Of a DNA stretch of 64,000 nucleotides, positions 60,445 through 64,000 are shown one piece after another; position 1 is the first letter of the stretch, and every line of letters begins with the position of its first letter. Both the position numbers and the translations under genes were made by a program. Origin of the DNA: Trichoplax adhaerens (Eukaryota > Animalia > Placozoa); contig NW_002060951.1 in NCBI RefSeq assembly GCF_000150275.1, positions 1,126,297 to 1,190,296 on the forward strand, read 5' to 3'. The notes beneath the pieces were generated by a model. That model saw nothing but the letters and a program-made list of their open reading frames with translations. It ran no database searches and was not told the origin of the DNA.

Positions 60445-63400
60445 TCAGTTGGGATAAAGTATTCTCAATTACACCAGAAACGTCTAATTCATAAGCTGTT
60501 GCAGTATTCGGTAGCAATATTGAAGTATAGTTCAAGCAAGATGCTCAAGCCTGGCCAACAACAGTATTAATAACTTTAGGGATTCTTAAGATACGAAAAA
60601 TGAAATAAAACTGTGTAACCTACAGTAGTTGACAAGGCGAATACTCGTATAGCCTGCTATGACTAACTTGACACGTCGGATTGTCCAATTATTGTATATA
60701 TATATACTGTACAGTATATTAATTATATACCATGCATCTATATGGTGGTTGAGAAGCTTTTATGGCATCTGTAGTTGAGATCAATAACCATATACTGTAG
60801 GTTGTTGTGCACAAGAAGTAGCTCACAAAAATAAAATTCAGGTGCCAAATCCAACTACAGTACAGAATGAATAGTATTTAGTAGTTTACTACAATACAGT
60901 GCAGTACTGTACAGTAGTATAGCTCCTCTGCACATATAAATAGACATTTACAATTACAATTAATTAATTAATTAATGAATTCTACTTGCTGTGCAAGTGT
61001 GCATACAATCGAGCATCGCAGAGCTATACTGTACTGTACGGTTGTTAGTGTACATATGTGACAGTAATATAAGTAAATTAATTAATTTATGCAGAACGAG
61101 GGACTTTTAAAGTGTACAATAGTCAAGCATTGAGATAGAAATTTGTTCTTTCTGTCTTTACCTGGCTCTAGAAATAACAGGCATTTCATAATTTAATAAT
61201 TAAAAATTTACTAGTACTGTACTGTATATCCTTCGCTCGTTATACTCTACTTCGCGAATTATACTTTCCCTGACTGAGAATATTTACAGTACGGCACAGT
61301 ATATCATTATGCATTAAATCCATTTGATGAGACTTTCCGAGTACAAACTTTTACTCGTTATTTAACTTGACCATGCACTACTACATATACTACTGTACAT
61401 TGAGTGTACAATGTACAAGATCATCGACTACTATAACTTGTCTACAAAACCTTTTTCCAATACAGTAGTCTATTCTACATGACTGCTAGGACTGATCACT
61501 CTTGGATGGACATACATTTTCGGCCTCATCTCGTCAGAATATTTATGACAACGCTTTAGTATGCAGTTGGTCGATTTTGAATGGATTGATTCTTTCTAAA
61601 TTAGGTAATATTACGCTAAATCTTATTATTATCTGTTACTAAGTTCCACTCGGAGACAGTCGATGTTATTAGAATTAGTATCAGTAATTTAGAAAACAGA
61701 CGCGCAAGATCCATACTAAGTAGCCATTTTTCGATATTTATAGCCTAATTTGGTAAGCAAAGTCCGCCTGTCTGAAGGAGTGATCATTTCGGGTCTTCTT
61801 CGAATATTATATAGTCTATTCTGTACTACACTATACTGTAATGTCAATGTCGCTCAAGACACACATTGCAAGCAAAATAGAAGGAATTCCTTTCCATCTT
61901 TGGAGCGTGTTTGCAGCATTTGCAGCCTATTTTCTTACCGATACGAGTGCATACATATACTTGTATAGTATTATTCGTCTTTCGACATCGATTTATCACT
62001 GTCTAACTGCTAGAAATCATTTCAAACCAGGTTATCGTAGTCATATTCACTACTGTAAAACTCAATAAATTAGAACTGAGCTCATCCAGTCGCTGACCAA
62101 CAACGAATTTTCATTGAAGTAGAAGATAATAGTAATAATTTCTTGAGCTTGCATTCTAATCATAAACATCGACGTTGTTGAACGAAATCAGTCGTGATTC
62201 GTTGTCATCATATCCACGTTCTTTATCCTAATGCTTATACTGTACTGCAACCTAATCATTGCAGTATCATGAATGATAATGATAAACAGTACTGCATACA
62301 TATTCGTAATGCAGTATAAAGTTAATCGGCATGGATAAATCCGATGCATGGGTGTAGGGTTACATTTTACATGGCGATTAATCCAATCTGATCGAATACG
62401 AAGGCCGATCAACAGCAAAGGACTTCATTTTCGTTCAAATCGCCAACAAGAGTACAAGGAATGATAAAAATTGATTTTTAATTGGCTTAATTCTGATTGA
62501 TGACTGACGTAAAGGATGCCATGACGATGTGCAATAGTCTACCGGAAATCTTTTAGGCATCTTTTCGAGACAATTGCAGATTGAATGGCTAAAAATAAGT
62601 ATACAGCGGTGTAAAAATGAATAAAATGAAAGTTGCAAATGGCAATTAATCCAAGATGGACAAATATTACTAAAAACTTGCATACGACTCTATTAGTCAT
62701 GATAGTAATGCTGCAGCGCGGCTTAGCCATTTTTGCATAAATTACTTTAAAGGCTACGGCAGATAGTAATAAGTCATATAAAAGCTCAACACTATCAACT
62801 ACTAGTCAATACGCGGATACGTATAGAACGAGGCAATATCAATAAAAGAGCGTCAAAAGATAGCAAAAAAAATGACCTATTTTGACAAGTGGACTAATTA
62901 TCACTGAACAAACAGATTTGACTTTACACACTTGATATGGCAATCTACTATACAATCCACTCAATGAATGATTAACTACAAGCCTATTTGAGTCCACATT
63001 TTACTGCTCTTAATATACGAATATTCTTATATCAGGTCAACTGGATTGATGATCATTACATTATCTTTATGACGCGTTATGCGGAATGGCTGTTAAAATA
63101 TTAATTATATTATTATTATTTATTTTTATTGGTAAAAGATATTTCTAGCCCTTCAGGCTTGTTGGAAATAATACACTGAATAATAATACATTTATCGATC
63201 GTTTTAATTCCATAAGAAATAATCGATATACTCACTAACACAATACAAATATCTAATTTTATTTTATATACATGGAATACGTATAAAATTTCAAATAAGT
63301 CGAGGTATGCGAAAAAATGTTGTCATGCGATATCCATGACTACAAGCATCCCTACATTATATTATTGCAATTTGGATATTCTCAAGTTTTAAAATAGAAT

Positions 63401-64000
63401 TAAGGATTAGAATAAAAGTAACGACCATTAATGTAATCCCTATCATACTGTCTTTTTTATAGTCAATAACATTATGAACTGTAGCATTTCTTATTGATAT
63501 AAGGATTAATCTTGTTATTCACGGTCAAGGAAATATCGTGGATGGGTATAGCAGAAATCACCGAATTACCTCATTTGTGATGCAATTATAAAGACGGAGG
63601 TCCTATCATTCCATCTACATGACATCAAAATCAGTCCATTGCTTGTTAATAAAAACGTTGCAATACTCCACGTAAATGAGCAATACTAGACATCAGCCAT
63701 AGTAATCAGACTAATTCGGGGAAAAACACGAAATTAATAGTAAAGGGGTTATAGGAGATTTTTTCAATGATTATGTTGCATTTCTTCCTTTCATTATATT
63801 ATTTTTTTTGCATATATTATATTATATTATATTGATGCTGTATTTCTTTGTTCTCTACACCTGTATTCAGGCCTTATTGTTTGATTTAGAATTCAAAAAT
63901 GATATTATACTCGTTCTATATTAAACTATAGAGGAAATTAAAATAGTCATCAGATGCTTTATGTTGGCTTTACTGACTGGATATTAAAAACACTTTTCAG

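Overview
This is eukaryotic DNA, not prokaryotic: it is AT-rich and gene-dense, with many short GT-AG introns and animal-type genes, consistent with a compact early-branching metazoan such as a placozoan (inference). Nine spliced genes can be reconstructed by hand: VPS35L (+), a TLCD4/TMEM56-like gene (-), an EF-hand/WD40 gene (-), a NIPSNAP3-like gene (-), a PAIP1-like gene with unusual architecture (+), ANKRD13 (-) head-to-head with VCP/p97 (+), PLGRKT (+) and RNase H1 (-). Most ORFs in the supplied track are exon fragments or noise. The most interesting non-genic signal is a possible record of transposon excision. TA-CAG-TA / TA-CTG-TA motifs occur in mixed orientation, cluster near gene 5' ends, and appear as discrete 5-bp insertions at TA in aligned repeat copies, matching the classic Tc1/mariner excision footprint. 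Two related ~42-bp palindromes with 16-17-bp arms, compensatory changes and a 7-bp flanking duplication resemble P-element-type excision scars. No transposase gene, tRNA, rRNA or CRISPR array was seen. Orthologue comparisons are from memory and need database confirmation.
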